IMG/VR virus record: IMGVR_UViG_3300043409_001074 | Source: an uncultured virus (IMG/VR IMGVR_UViG_3300043409_001074) | Lineage: Duplodnaviria; Heunggongvirae; Uroviricota; Caudoviricetes | Length of the DNA stretch: 64,000 nt | Strand: one strand, 5' to 3' | Shown: in pieces, positions 41,626 through 51,454 of the stretch | How positions within the stretch are numbered: the stretch's first letter is position 1 | Layout of the letters: each line of letters opens with the position of its first letter | Position numbers and translations under genes: made by a program | The notes under the pieces: model-generated | Seen by the model: only the letters and a program-made list of their open reading frames with translations | Told to the model about the DNA's origin: nothing | The model's database searches: none

Positions 41626-42180
41626 TTAAAATTCTGGCGATTGTTGAATTAATTTTGCCACGGTTTCATTTGAGGAAACCTTTGCGAATGCCTTAATAGC
41701 AGAAGTTCCATCGCCTGTCAATATTTCCGTGAGAGTAATATTCTCATCTTGTAAAATTTGTAGTATTTTATTATCCATCATTACTGCTTCATCATAGGTC
41801 TGATTTCTGCCAGTTCTGTGATATTTTTTGTTCCTATGAATGAAGAAGTTAATGGATGGATATCGGTTATGTTCCCATAGGACATACTCTTTCCAACAGA
41901 TAGGCAATAGCGGGTCAGAGTAGGCCAGAGACAGGAGTAAGGGACTATCTGTGACCACCACATCCACTTTACCTGAAAGCCGCTCTAGGCGCCACGCCTG
42001 CTGCCCGAAAACATAGGGCTGATATCCAAGAACCTTGGTGCTTTCATCCCAGGTTAAATCCTTGGCAAATTCTGTTACTAATTCACAATTTAACCCAGTC
42101 ATTTTTAAATAACTGAATAGTGCTGCGGCAGTCGTAGATTTGCCCGATCCTGCCCCAGCGAAGAAATTAATAATTATCAT
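41626..42180 (-). CDS. P-loop kinase/ATPase, AAA_28 (NadR/Ttd14-like)
   Basis: IINFFAGAGSGKST, ELVTEFAKDLTW, VVTDSPLLL, GR.QT.DEA. Confidence 0.85.
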   Translation of the reverse strand: MIIINFFAGAGSGKSTTAAALFSYLKMTGLNCELVTEFAKDLTWDESTKVLGYQPYVFGQQAWRLERLSGKVDVVVTDSPLLLSLAYSDPLLPICWKEYVLWEHNRYPSINFFIHRNKKYHRTGRNQTYDEAVMMDNKILQILQDENITLTEILTGDGTSAIKAFAKVSSNETVAKLIQQSPEF

Positions 42181-42190
42181 TACCTATTCT

Positions 42191-42385
42191 TCAATCCTTC
42201 TTATTAAAAGTAAAGATTACGATACCAGTAACACTAAGTAAACTACCACATAATAGTGAAATGGTAGCCCAAAGATATGCCTCACCATAAAATAGAAGAA
42301 ATATTCCAATTAGTATACCACTAACAAGGGTGGAGAATAAAATTACATCAATATACTCAATAAATATTTTATTCATATTTGTCAA
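42191..42385 (-). CDS. Small two-TM membrane protein
   Basis: Two hydrophobic segments; in operon context. Confidence 0.5.
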   Translation of the reverse strand: MTNMNKIFIEYIDVILFSTLVSGILIGIFLLFYGEAYLWATISLLCGSLLSVTGIVIFTFNKKD

Positions 42386-42390
42386 TTTAA

Positions 42391-42648
42391 TTATCCATCT
42401 GATAGTCTGTTATGTAATGCGTCAATTCTATCTTCTAACATATTAATTTGTCGTTCTAAAGTTTCTCTAAGACAACTTAAGCTACTTTCAAATTTATTAT
42501 TTAAATCTTTAATACTATCCATATTTTCTGAAATTTCATCTTTAAGTGTAGCAATACTTAAATTCTGGTCCCTGATATCATCTTGAAAATTCCAAATATC
42601 TCGCTCTAAGTTTTCTAAAGTAATCTCTATTTCTATGGCTGATTTCAT
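42391..42648 (-). CDS. Coiled-coil hypothetical protein
   Basis: Heptad pattern; AGGAG RBS. Confidence 0.6.
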   Translation of the reverse strand: MKSAIEIEITLENLERDIWNFQDDIRDQNLSIATLKDEISENMDSIKDLNNKFESSLSCLRETLERQINMLEDRIDALHNRLSDG

Positions 42649-42664
42649 TTATTTTCTCCTATTA

Positions 42665-43153
42665 TTAATAATTCATAACATGTGAGATAATATGAAATCC
42701 CTCATGATAGGAAGGTTCTTGAAACGCATTTTTCATTGTAATTAATGCGCTATGAGGGATATGTTTATCTTTCCGTTGTTCCAACCTACGTTCCCATTCC
42801 ATTTTTGGTAATTCTGGAAATACGTAACAAATTTTAATATATTTGTTAGAAATATCTTTCATTTTATCATGGCGGGATTTCCGACTCATATTAGTATGAT
42901 CATCAATTACATTAACAGGATAGTCATCGTTACAATATACATTCCTATTAAAAATTACTTTCTTCGTTGCCTCTGAAATAAATTTAGTAAATCCATCGGA
43001 ATATGTAATTCCAACTTTATTACATTCAGATTCAATAATATCATCTGAGGACAAAATATAATATTGTCCAGTCTTTTCCAAAATCTTGCGGAAAGTTGAC
43101 TTACCACTTGCAGGCAATCCAACTAACATTACATATACGGGTTGATGTGCCAT
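42665..43153 (-). CDS. Polynucleotide-kinase-like P-loop protein (AAA_33)
   Basis: MLVGLPASGKST, LSSDD, DHTN...SR, P...EGF; next to RNA ligase. Confidence 0.85.
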   Translation of the reverse strand: MAHQPVYVMLVGLPASGKSTFRKILEKTGQYYILSSDDIIESECNKVGITYSDGFTKFISEATKKVIFNRNVYCNDDYPVNVIDDHTNMSRKSRHDKMKDISNKYIKICYVFPELPKMEWERRLEQRKDKHIPHSALITMKNAFQEPSYHEGFHIISHVMNY

Positions 43154-43277
43154 TATACGCTCCTATTTTCCAAAAATAATAGTTTTCATAAGTATTATGA
43201 ATGTTATAAAAAATCCTAGTAGAATAAACAATAATGAATATCCTACTAGGTAACTTAATATTAATTGAATTGTTTCA

Positions 43278-44438
43278 TTATTCACTGGTATTCTTATAAT
43301 TCCATTTAGTTGCTACAATTTCTCGATTACGTTCAAATCGACTATTTGACCCAAGATTTTTCAGAAGATACTCCGTCACGTTACCAATGTCAACACGTTT
43401 CCTATCAAAACATGAAAATGCAATAGAACGCATTCCACTACCAATATTAGCAGTATGAAATGCAAATTCCTTTCGTGTCATATGAGAAGTATTATTAATA
43501 AGTTTCTGAGTTAGAGAGACAAAATCAATAATTTGATCCCATACATCTTTATAATAACTATGAAGTTTTTGGGCATCCTCCCGGTAGAGTAATGGATATA
43601 GATCATCAACCTTTTCATTCAGAACCAATTCCATTACATCACGTTCATTCTCAATTAATGACTTTGCACGATGTAAAGTTACATACAAATCGGCTTTAAT
43701 TTTTACCATTTCTCCCTTGGAAAATCGAATTACAATACCTTCACCTTCGGTCATACTCTTGACCATGGCCAGAGTATCCTCAATTCCATTGCCAGTAGTT
43801 GGAAATTCCTTAACTACTGGAATATTCCAATTATTAGCAATTTTTGCCATTTCTTCATAATTCCAATATTGTCCCGTAGTATTACTACGAATTGCCAATA
43901 GAATAAGATTATCTTCTGGATAATCAATTACAATTCGCTGGCTACGTGAAACCCATTCAAAAATGGGAATTTCATTTAAATTATGGAGACACTGAGCAAA
44001 TGAGTTATAAACTGGGTTCTTCTGAATAAATTCATCCACTTGACGGGAAACGTCAGTTACTCCCATCTTTGATCCCCAGCGCAATTCATGATCAACAATG
44101 AATGGAGTAATCATTGAACCATCTAATTTTTCCAGAATAACATGGGGTTTATTGAAATCAATATCTTTAATATCTTCACGTTCTCCCATATTGAAGAACT
44201 TATGAAACCGACGTGCAGCTACCTTTCCCGTAGTATTACAAAAAATAAGACCGCGCAATTCACGCAGGATAGCACTCTCACGATCCACCACAGGAACATG
44301 AACGTCATTTCCTGCCCGAACGTAATTTGCTACAGAATAGTTGCCCTTATCAGCAAGAATGAAATTGGGATTATTTGCAACAATATCTTTCACTTCATCA
44401 AGAGTAATATTTTCAGGAAATTCATAATGTAGCGTCAT
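43278..44438 (-). CDS. rnlA: RNA ligase 1 (T4 RnlA family)
   Basis: ELRGLIF, HKFFN.GE, EKLDGSMI, FEW.S...RIV..Y, EGIV, VKIK. Confidence 0.92.
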   Translation of the reverse strand: MTLHYEFPENITLDEVKDIVANNPNFILADKGNYSVANYVRAGNDVHVPVVDRESAILRELRGLIFCNTTGKVAARRFHKFFNMGEREDIKDIDFNKPHVILEKLDGSMITPFIVDHELRWGSKMGVTDVSRQVDEFIQKNPVYNSFAQCLHNLNEIPIFEWVSRSQRIVIDYPEDNLILLAIRSNTTGQYWNYEEMAKIANNWNIPVVKEFPTTGNGIEDTLAMVKSMTEGEGIVIRFSKGEMVKIKADLYVTLHRAKSLIENERDVMELVLNEKVDDLYPLLYREDAQKLHSYYKDVWDQIIDFVSLTQKLINNTSHMTRKEFAFHTANIGSGMRSIAFSCFDRKRVDIGNVTEYLLKNLGSNSRFERNREIVATKWNYKNTSE

Positions 44439-44504
44439 AATATAACTCCTTTATGTTTTGATCGTTTAGAGATCATTGGTGTAATTTAGAAATTTCTGGA
44501 AATA

Positions 44505-44512
44505 TATAAATA
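44505..44512 (+). promoter_or_regulatory. T4-type late promoter TATAAATA
   Basis: Exact T4 late consensus upstream of the lone + strand gene at 44580. Confidence 0.7.
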
Positions 44513-44579
44513 AAAGAAACTCAAATATTAGGAAAAAATAATGTATGATTTTAAAGCCGGAAATGGTTCATAACGCACT

Positions 44580-45077
44580 ATGATATCATTCAAAGATTAT
44601 CAACAACAAATATATGAAAGTGCCGAGGCAGGATTATCGGCAAAAGCCAGTAAATCTGGTATATCAATCGCTACACTACGTAAGGTATATCGTCGTGGTG
44701 TAGCTGCTTGGAATTCTGGCCATCGGCCAGGAACTACTCCCCAACAATGGGGCATGGCTCGGGTAAACTCCTACATCGGTAAAGGTAAGGGAACTTACGG
44801 CGGGGCAGATAAAGACCTTCATGAAGGCGATACTAGCGATCTTCCTAGAGTAGCAAAAGATAAAGAGTCTGGTCTACCAAAGAAATACGTTTCTGGTCTT
44901 TCTGCTGCAACAGCAAAAGCCAGAGCATCCCACTTTGATAAGATGGATAAGAAAAGTGATAGTGATCCAACAACATATAAACCCGCGCCGGGAGATGCAA
45001 ATGCGAAAACTAAACTAAGTAAACATACAATAAAATATCATGCAATGTATGATGAAGCTATGGACAAAAAATTATAG
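44580..45077 (+). CDS. DUF5824-like protein with capsid-targeting-like N-terminus
   Basis: KA.KSGI....LRKVY.RG.AAW.SGHRPG.TPQQWG.ARVNS and YKPAPGD..AKTK.SKHT motifs; N-terminus MISFKDYQQQIYE. Confidence 0.7.
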   Translation: MISFKDYQQQIYESAEAGLSAKASKSGISIATLRKVYRRGVAAWNSGHRPGTTPQQWGMARVNSYIGKGKGTYGGADKDLHEGDTSDLPRVAKDKESGLPKKYVSGLSAATAKARASHFDKMDKKSDSDPTTYKPAPGDANAKTKLSKHTIKYHAMYDEAMDKKL

Positions 45078-45678
45078 TAATTACTACAATAATTACAATT
45101 GATATAATACTTATTTTATAGAACATCATTTTCTTTTAAATCCCATTTTGTAGTATCAGACCAGTTTTCATTTTCAACTGTATAGTGATACATTCCTTCA
45201 TTATACACTATTTCCGATACATTGATACAACCCATTTTCTTAGTAAGTATTTTAATCATAGTCTTAGCACCCAATTCAGTGAATGCATTATATTTAATAG
45301 GAATACCCATATCTACATATCTTTATATCGTGAATCAATTTCTTTAATTCTGTTTTCCAAATATGTTTTGATTATTTCCATAGTTAAAACACATACTGGA
45401 TCAGAATTATCTACCTTTGTATATTTCAATACATTTAAGGTTTCATATACAAATGCAGATTTAACTAACATGTCTACGGAATAATTATTACTACTCATCA
45501 TTACCCAATGTAGTAACACATACTGGTTTGAATTGAAGTCCAGTATCCTTAATATTTTCATTGATGCCAATAATCATGTTAAATTCAACTAGACAAGCTG
45601 GCGAAACTGTATCCAAATACAATGGAAGTTTTGGTAATGCAATTCCATTGTATAATGAAAAAATAATTAATAATGATT

Positions 45679-46218
45679 TCATTGTTTAGGTGTATCCTTA
45701 ATATTAACCACTAGAGGCTGAATTGATAGTCGCATTGGTTGTGTAGAATATAGATAATCTCCTGACCATTGACGATATACACCATCTGTATTAGTATAGA
45801 AGATATATGGATTACTTGAACCATATGTTCCTTCATCGGATGGAGCCTGACGAATTGCCATATTTATCCCGCCACTACCATTACCGGCAGTAACGACACG
45901 ATCAGATTCAGTAAGGCGCTTTGATCCAGATGTAATTTTACCCATTACACCTTCATATAGAATTGGTTGCCCAGATGCATTGAGAAGAATTACGTAACCA
46001 AGCAGTCCTGGATTTGATGTTAGTTCAAGGCGTTTCTTAATATTTTCAATTTCTGCATTTTCAGTAAACGTAATTGAATTAGCTGCTTCCTTGGCCTTCT
46101 GTGCCTGGGTATTTTTATTGGTTGGCTGGGAAACCGCTTGCTCCCAACATCCCCCTAGAGATACAAGAGAAATACTACTAACAAGAAAAGCAGTAAGAAT
46201 TTTATTCTTAATAATCAT
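45679..46218 (-). CDS. Predicted lipoprotein
   Basis: Signal peptide ending in lipobox LGGC; GKITS.SKRLT and PSDEGTYGSS motifs. Confidence 0.75.
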   Translation of the reverse strand: MIIKNKILTAFLVSSISLVSLGGCWEQAVSQPTNKNTQAQKAKEAANSITFTENAEIENIKKRLELTSNPGLLGYVILLNASGQPILYEGVMGKITSGSKRLTESDRVVTAGNGSGGINMAIRQAPSDEGTYGSSNPYIFYTNTDGVYRQWSGDYLYSTQPMRLSIQPLVVNIKDTPKQ

Positions 46219-46242
46219 GTTCTATTCATCCTTTATATTAAA

Positions 46243-46563
46243 TTATTTCCGAAAGTATGGATAACCATCATTTTTGTTTCTTTTTCGTGGTTGACCAAAA
46301 TACTTGTGATTCCCTTTTAATATTGGATCGCCCGAGAATTTAGCATTACCATATACTTCTACATTATCAAATATAACAGCATTGCCAGAAATTTGTGCAT
46401 TACCATATACCTTAGCTTTTGGTCCAACATATACTGTTCTAGATACTTTTGCAGTATCAGCTACCCAACCACCACCATTTATATGTTGTTTGGCGGGAAC
46501 AGGACCGTTCCCATCACCAAAATCATATAAAGTAACAACTGAATATTTACTCACAAGTAGCAA
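46243..46563 (-). CDS. Left-handed beta-helix (hexapeptide repeat) protein
   Basis: H.NGGGWVADTA.V followed by VYGNA.ISGNA repeats. Confidence 0.75.
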   Translation of the reverse strand: MLLVSKYSVVTLYDFGDGNGPVPAKQHINGGGWVADTAKVSRTVYVGPKAKVYGNAQISGNAVIFDNVEVYGNAKFSGDPILKGNHKYFGQPRKRNKNDGYPYFRK

Positions 46564-46948
46564 TATCTAGAGTTGCTGGCGCCTCACGTCCCTGAAAAAT
46601 ACCAACATTTGTCTTTGTTGAATTTGCATTATAACGAGTAACTAGATCGCGGCATGATTGTTGTTGTGCATTCAATTCAATACGAATTCGTTGCTTTTCT
46701 GCGGTATCAGTTTCGTTTTTCATATCCTTTTTAGAAACTTGAATTTGATTTACTCGTGCCATGTATTGACCATTGGCATCATGAAACCATTCATACTTAG
46801 TAAGAACATTATCCGCAGAGAATGTCTTATTCATAACGCCAGTTACCGTTCGCATTGGCTGAGTAATAATATTGACAGCGAAAATTCCTACACCAATGGC
46901 AACAAATCCTGCTACTGCCATTGATCCATACTTGAAAAAATTCTTCAT
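46547..46948 (-). CDS. Single-pass membrane protein with periplasmic coiled coil
   Basis: N-terminal TM, then YEWF.D...EL......LV.RYNA.S motif. Confidence 0.75.
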   Translation of the reverse strand: MKNFFKYGSMAVAGFVAIGVGIFAVNIITQPMRTVTGVMNKTFSADNVLTKYEWFHDANGQYMARVNQIQVSKKDMKNETDTAEKQRIRIELNAQQQSCRDLVTRYNANSTKTNVGIFQGREAPATLDIATCE

Positions 46949-46959
46949 CTTAAATTCCT

Positions 46960-47487
46960 TTATTGTTCATTAATAATGTTTAGTGTCTCAGTAAGATTTT
47001 TAATGGAAGATGGGTCTTTAGGTAGAATTCCTGAATAATCTAGATTAACCCATTTATCAGGATATGCCGTATTTATAAATTTTAATGGAAGATATGTTTT
47101 TTCATATTTATAATCAAGTTTGATACTAGGTGATCTAATATCATAAAATATTACTTGCTTACATCCATATCTAACTAAATCTTCTCTTACTTCCTTAGTT
47201 ATAATACATATATTATGCGATTGGTGAAATTTTGATATAATCTCTTGTGGAAACCAGTCATATAATTGTTCCATAGATTTAAATCCAAATTTAACTTTAT
47301 TTTTATTATATGATTTGGGATATTTATTCTTAAAATACTCAAAATCTATATCTAGACCATCATTGTGTGGTGGTGGATGATTAGGTCCATACCCATAATC
47401 ATGAGTTCCACATGCCTGGGCCCTATATGGCCCTAATCCCCAAGAGTTTTCTAATCTATAAACAGTTACTTTTCCCTTTGCTCCCAT
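46960..47487 (-). CDS. Hypothetical phage protein
   Basis: VYRLEN..G.GPY, HP.P..DG, FGF.S..QL..WF, G.KQV.F motifs. Confidence 0.65.
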   Translation of the reverse strand: MGAKGKVTVYRLENSWGLGPYRAQACGTHDYGYGPNHPPPHNDGLDIDFEYFKNKYPKSYNKNKVKFGFKSMEQLYDWFPQEIISKFHQSHNICIITKEVREDLVRYGCKQVIFYDIRSPSIKLDYKYEKTYLPLKFINTAYPDKWVNLDYSGILPKDPSSIKNLTETLNIINEQ

Positions 47488-47601
47488 AAGGAATCACTCC
47501 TATTTTCTTAAAAAGAATTATACCAAATCAAAACAATAGCAAGTAATACAATGGCAATCGTTTGAATAATGATTTCATTACGAGTCATAATATATCCTTT
47601 A

Positions 47602-49005
47602 TCAATAGTATTGTAAATTAGAAATCTCACGAATTTGCTGGAATGACTGATCCCTAAGTAGAACCCCATCCCTCCATACAGGGAGTAGCATATCATCCCA
47701 ATCATGTCCACTGTTTAATGGTAGAGTTTGCCAACCATCATGTAGACCAAACGTAACAACAAATCGTCCCTTCTTAGAACGCTTTCCAGGATCGCCCACA
47801 GGGTCGTTATATACATCCTGCCATACTCCATTGACCTTGATAGCAGAAGCCTTCATGGCGAAACGTAGAGTGTCCCTGTCCACCTTCTGTAGCAATCCAC
47901 CACCCATACCTAGAGTGAGATTTTCCGCAGACCACCCAACCTGAGTCAGATTATCATAAATAATAGGAATAGTATCAATATTTACACCATCCCCTTGAAC
48001 AACCCGCACGGAAGGATGTAATACTTTATATCCTTTATTGTTTGTCTTGAACCCATACTTTTCCCCAAGAATTTTAATTGTTTCAGTTGGGACCAATTCA
48101 GGATCACCGCTATCTGGGCGAATACAGATCAGTGCCCCAGAATTAATTACATCTTCCTTAAGAGCATCACCCCAAATATTCCGAACACAATTCCAAAGAT
48201 CATAACTATCACTTACGATAGCAAGAATCTTTCCAGGCTTGGCGTAATTTTGCAACATATTCTTATATGCGCCAATCTCATTATACTTACCCCAGGAAGT
48301 AACCGTAGAATGTTCCATGCCAGGAATAGAGAATCCAGCCATACGTTCACCATAGAAATGTCGTGCATAACGCAATGCAGACTTGGTATCTGTTCCCATG
48401 AAATTAACTAGATGTGCCGTTCCACCAATAGCGGCAGTTTCCTCTGATGAACCACCACGCGCACCGAAATCATGCAACTTAAATGGTAATTCTGCCTCTG
48501 GATTATCACACGTCTTTTCCAAATAGGAACGAATAATTTGCTTTGAATGCCAGGACAATGTGGCTACGGTTGTGGGATACCAAATCGCGCGCAGCAATGC
48601 AGTTTCGACATAGCTAGTAATCCAGGGAACATTGGGATCGGTATTCACAATAGTCAATAGAACGTTCTTAGTAGGAATAACTGTTCCCTCTGGCAACGCC
48701 CGAATTTCTACTGGCATGTAACCATTATGATTACGAAGAATATACATCCAACCCTGACGATTGAAGGGTGTCCCATGAAGATTGGAGTCTTCCTCTGCAT
48801 CATTAATATCTTGCAGAGTAATTGGAACGGAAAGATATTGCTTTAGAAACATCTGTAGACCAAAGAACAATGTCTTATCAAACATACCGCCGCGAGATTC
48901 AATATATGAATATACACGAGTAGTGCCGGGAGGATATTGATTAAAATGAGAATCCTTGTAGGAATCAGCATTCATAATAGCATTAATTGGTTCAATCTGC
49001 ATCAT
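47602..49005 (-). CDS. nadV: Nicotinamide phosphoribosyltransferase (NAMPT/NadV)
   Basis: DSYK.SH..QYP, FFGLQ, LHDFGARG, EHS.VT.WG, VSDSYD, IRPDSGDP, QGDG, GMGGGLLQK..RDT..FAMK; start moved from 49086 to 49005 (49023 also possible). Confidence 0.95.
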   Translation of the reverse strand: MMQIEPINAIMNADSYKDSHFNQYPPGTTRVYSYIESRGGMFDKTLFFGLQMFLKQYLSVPITLQDINDAEEDSNLHGTPFNRQGWMYILRNHNGYMPVEIRALPEGTVIPTKNVLLTIVNTDPNVPWITSYVETALLRAIWYPTTVATLSWHSKQIIRSYLEKTCDNPEAELPFKLHDFGARGGSSEETAAIGGTAHLVNFMGTDTKSALRYARHFYGERMAGFSIPGMEHSTVTSWGKYNEIGAYKNMLQNYAKPGKILAIVSDSYDLWNCVRNIWGDALKEDVINSGALICIRPDSGDPELVPTETIKILGEKYGFKTNNKGYKVLHPSVRVVQGDGVNIDTIPIIYDNLTQVGWSAENLTLGMGGGLLQKVDRDTLRFAMKASAIKVNGVWQDVYNDPVGDPGKRSKKGRFVVTFGLHDGWQTLPLNSGHDWDDMLLPVWRDGVLLRDQSFQQIREISNLQYY

Positions 49006-49024
49006 TTTATTATTATTCTCCATA

Positions 49025-49395
49025 TTATACGGCTTGTTCCGAATTCTTGCGTTCATTGATATTATCAGGATTTCCAGCAAAGTCAACTAGTCTATCTGGG
49101 TCTAGATGTGGATTGTATATTGCAACGTCTTTATACAAGAAATTTCTCTCATTTCATGCATAACTGCACCTTCAATTGCTTTATATGCAGTATTCACAAT
49201 TTCATTTCTACACATATGATAACTGAGGAACCATTTTCGCCCAGTCCACCTTAAAGGTAATCCAGTAAAATTATCCATATCATCAACAGAAAGTTGTAAA
49301 TACGGACGATCCTTATCCAATTTTACTAGAATATACCATCCTAGTAGATATCGGCAATTTGACACAATAGTTTTCACTTCGTCCAAAGTCATCAT
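49025..49395 (-). pseudogene. Hypothetical phage protein with a 1-nt frameshift near 49140-49146
   Basis: GRKW.LS.H....EIV.TA.KA.....HEMRE continues in the -1 frame as FLYKDVAIYNPHLDPDRLV... to TAA at 49025, abutting nadV. Confidence 0.6.
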
Positions 49396-49407
49396 AATGT
49401 AAATTCC

Positions 49408-49770
49408 TTAGTTACTATGCGCCAAGTCCCGAATAAAACAAATAAATTTTCCGGCATCAACATCACCAGTGACCAATTCCTCGACTAGACCATCTGGCCA
49501 TGTATATTGTTTTGTTTCTGTGAATAATTGTAGCAATAATGAATGAAGATAAGGAAATCTGCTCTTAATATTCTCCACAATAGCTGAATACATTTCTGGA
49601 TATTTAACACTAAATTCAAATTTTGTGCTTTTAGCTGAGTCACTACTCATAACATAAAAAACGTAATATTCCGATCCACCCGATTTAGTAAATTGTGTTC
49701 CTTTTTCCACAACAATATCACGCATAATGCGAGCAATAAGGTCATTGCGATTCATTATAATCATATTCAT
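49408..49770 (-). CDS. Hypothetical protein
   Basis: ORF with AGGAG RBS. Confidence 0.6.
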   Translation of the reverse strand: MNMIIMNRNDLIARIMRDIVVEKGTQFTKSGGSEYYVFYVMSSDSAKSTKFEFSVKYPEMYSAIVENIKSRFPYLHSLLLQLFTETKQYTWPDGLVEELVTGDVDAGKFICFIRDLAHSN

Positions 49771-49817
49771 AATCTCCTATAAATTAATAAATAGCCTTCC
49801 TAACAAAATAATTGATC

Positions 49818-49879
49818 ATTTGAACCACCGACCTATTGATTATGAATCATTGAGCTAAACCTGACTGCTCTACTCCGCA
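49818..49879 (-). pseudogene. Truncated tRNA(CAU) remnant
   Basis: TGCGGAGTAGAGCAGTCAGG...AGCTC (initiator-tRNA-like 5' half), TTCATAA anticodon loop, GGTTCAAAT T-loop, but no 3' T-stem or acceptor strand. Confidence 0.7.
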
Positions 49880-50208
49880 TTAATATTATCTACTTACAAG
49901 TAGTAACACAAGTATATCTAAACTTATTAGTTTTATATAGTGAGTCTAATTCTTTTATTGTTTCATCACCAATATTGGTGCATGTAATTTGATTGGGAAT
50001 ATTTGGAACAACCATATTTACTTGTCCATATAATACCAGATTGAAAAAGATAATACAAGCATTCATAATATATGATCCTATAATTATAGTAACATTATCA
50101 GAAAATTGCTGCAAAAATTCTAAATATAATTCCTGCGGTAGATAATATGAGTGCCGTAATAATTAAACCATTAACCAAAGGGTCCATAATATAAATCCTT
50201 ATATGTTT

Positions 50209-50355
50209 TTAGATATACCTATCACATTCTCTTTTAATATCGAACATTACCTGACTTCTGGTTACTCCGATATCATGTAAGTCTCTATCAGTCAATTTCA
50301 TTAGTTCATTATATTGTTTACGTCTATTTAAAAAGCCTTTAATAAATTTTAACAT
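50209..50355 (-). CDS. DUF1127 (YjiS/CcaF1-like) small protein, 48 aa, absent from ORF track
   Basis: MLKFIKGFLNRRKQYNELMKLTDRDLHDIGVTRSQV... matches RR...EL..L.DR.L.DIG..R; AGGAG RBS. Confidence 0.85.
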   Translation of the reverse strand: MLKFIKGFLNRRKQYNELMKLTDRDLHDIGVTRSQVMFDIKRECDRYI

Positions 50356-50392
50356 ATCAAATCTCCTAAGTGTTATGTTTACTGATATCTAT

Positions 50393-50421
50393 ATCATAAC
50401 ACCAGAAGATTTGTATGTCTA
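50393..50421 (-). promoter_or_regulatory. Sigma70-type promoter for the DUF1127 gene
   Basis: TAGACA-17 nt-TATGAT with TG extension. Confidence 0.7.
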
Positions 50422-50467
50422 CCTATGATATTAAATATATGCTGCAATGCAACATTAGTTTGGTATA

Positions 50468-50767
50468 TCAGTCATCCGCCATCCAGTCATCCAGAAAATA
50501 TTTCTGCCTGGATTTGCCTTTAGTTGTAATAGTTTCTTCTAGTGTAATAGTGTGTCCATTCTTACGGAGACGATGAATAAGGTCCCTTGGAGACAACACC
50601 TTAAATCTAGCGGAAATTTGGCGTGATGTCAGCCCGTTTACTTGGGCATGTTCGCTTTTCAGTGCTGACAGTAGACGATCTGCCTTTGTTCCATTAGATA
50701 CTGTATTAGTTGTATTAGAAATAGTTGATGTTTGCATTTTAGTTCCTTTTGTATTGTTGATATTCAT
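50468..50767 (-). CDS. Winged-helix DNA-binding protein
   Basis: LL.AL....LT..QI.ARF.V..PR..I..LR..GH.I pattern. Confidence 0.75.
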   Translation of the reverse strand: MNINNTKGTKMQTSTISNTTNTVSNGTKADRLLSALKSEHAQVNGLTSRQISARFKVLSPRDLIHRLRKNGHTITLEETITTKGKSRQKYFLDDWMADD

Positions 50768-50803
50768 TAATCTAGTCCTTCCTGTTAAATAGGGAAGTGT
50801 CTT

Positions 50804-50832
50804 ATTCTACTATGAAATCTTCATGGTGTCAA
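50804..50832 (-). promoter_or_regulatory. Sigma70-type early promoter
   Basis: TTGACA-17 nt-TAGAAT. Confidence 0.8.
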
Positions 50833-50889
50833 TCATGAAATCTTTATTACCGAAAATCCCGTCATTTAAACTCCCGTCATTTGCCATAA

Positions 50890-51429
50890 TCAAAAATTAT
50901 TATTAATCCTATCATATAAATCCGATACTAGGACAGGCTTAAATTCAGTCTGTTCCACACAAACACAAATATACCATGGATCAACATTTCCGTATTGATC
51001 TTTTACTTTATTTGCATGAGTATGTCCATGAATATTTGCCTTAAACCTACCCTTAGATTCTGAATGAATAGGAATATGACTCATGACAATATTATTTTGA
51101 ATTTGATATGCACGAATATCCCGAAAATACTTTAAATATTCATCCAGACGAAAAATATCATGATTTCCCTTAATGAGAATTTTATCACCATTCAGCCGCC
51201 CGATTTGAGGCAATCCACGTCTATTAATAACCATATCTCCAAGAAAATAACATTTATCTCCCGGCTTAACATGGTCATTAAAATTTCTAATTAACTCCTC
51301 ATCCATATCTTCAATATTGTCCCAGGGACGAAGTTTGGTTACTCCATCTTCCATGAGAAATTTAGTTACGCCTGCATGGGAAAAATGCAAATCCGAAGTT
51401 ACCCACGTCCTACCTCCACTTTTACTCAT
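50890..51429 (-). CDS. Metallophosphoesterase
   Basis: TSDLHFSH, LGD, KGNHD, SHIP, NIHGHTH. Confidence 0.92.
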   Translation of the reverse strand: MSKSGGRTWVTSDLHFSHAGVTKFLMEDGVTKLRPWDNIEDMDEELIRNFNDHVKPGDKCYFLGDMVINRRGLPQIGRLNGDKILIKGNHDIFRLDEYLKYFRDIRAYQIQNNIVMSHIPIHSESKGRFKANIHGHTHANKVKDQYGNVDPWYICVCVEQTEFKPVLVSDLYDRINNNF

Positions 51430-51454
51430 AATATTAATTCCTATTTAATTACTA

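Noticed and set aside
46960..47487. ADP-ribosyltransferase assignment for the VYR...GFKS...QVIF protein
   Set aside because: The R-S-(Q/E)-like spacing is suggestive but too weak without a profile or structure search; left as hypothetical
49006..49086. N-terminal extension of NAMPT in the ORF track
   Set aside because: Overlaps the -1-frame tail of the upstream gene; NAMPT similarity starts near NAIMNADSYK
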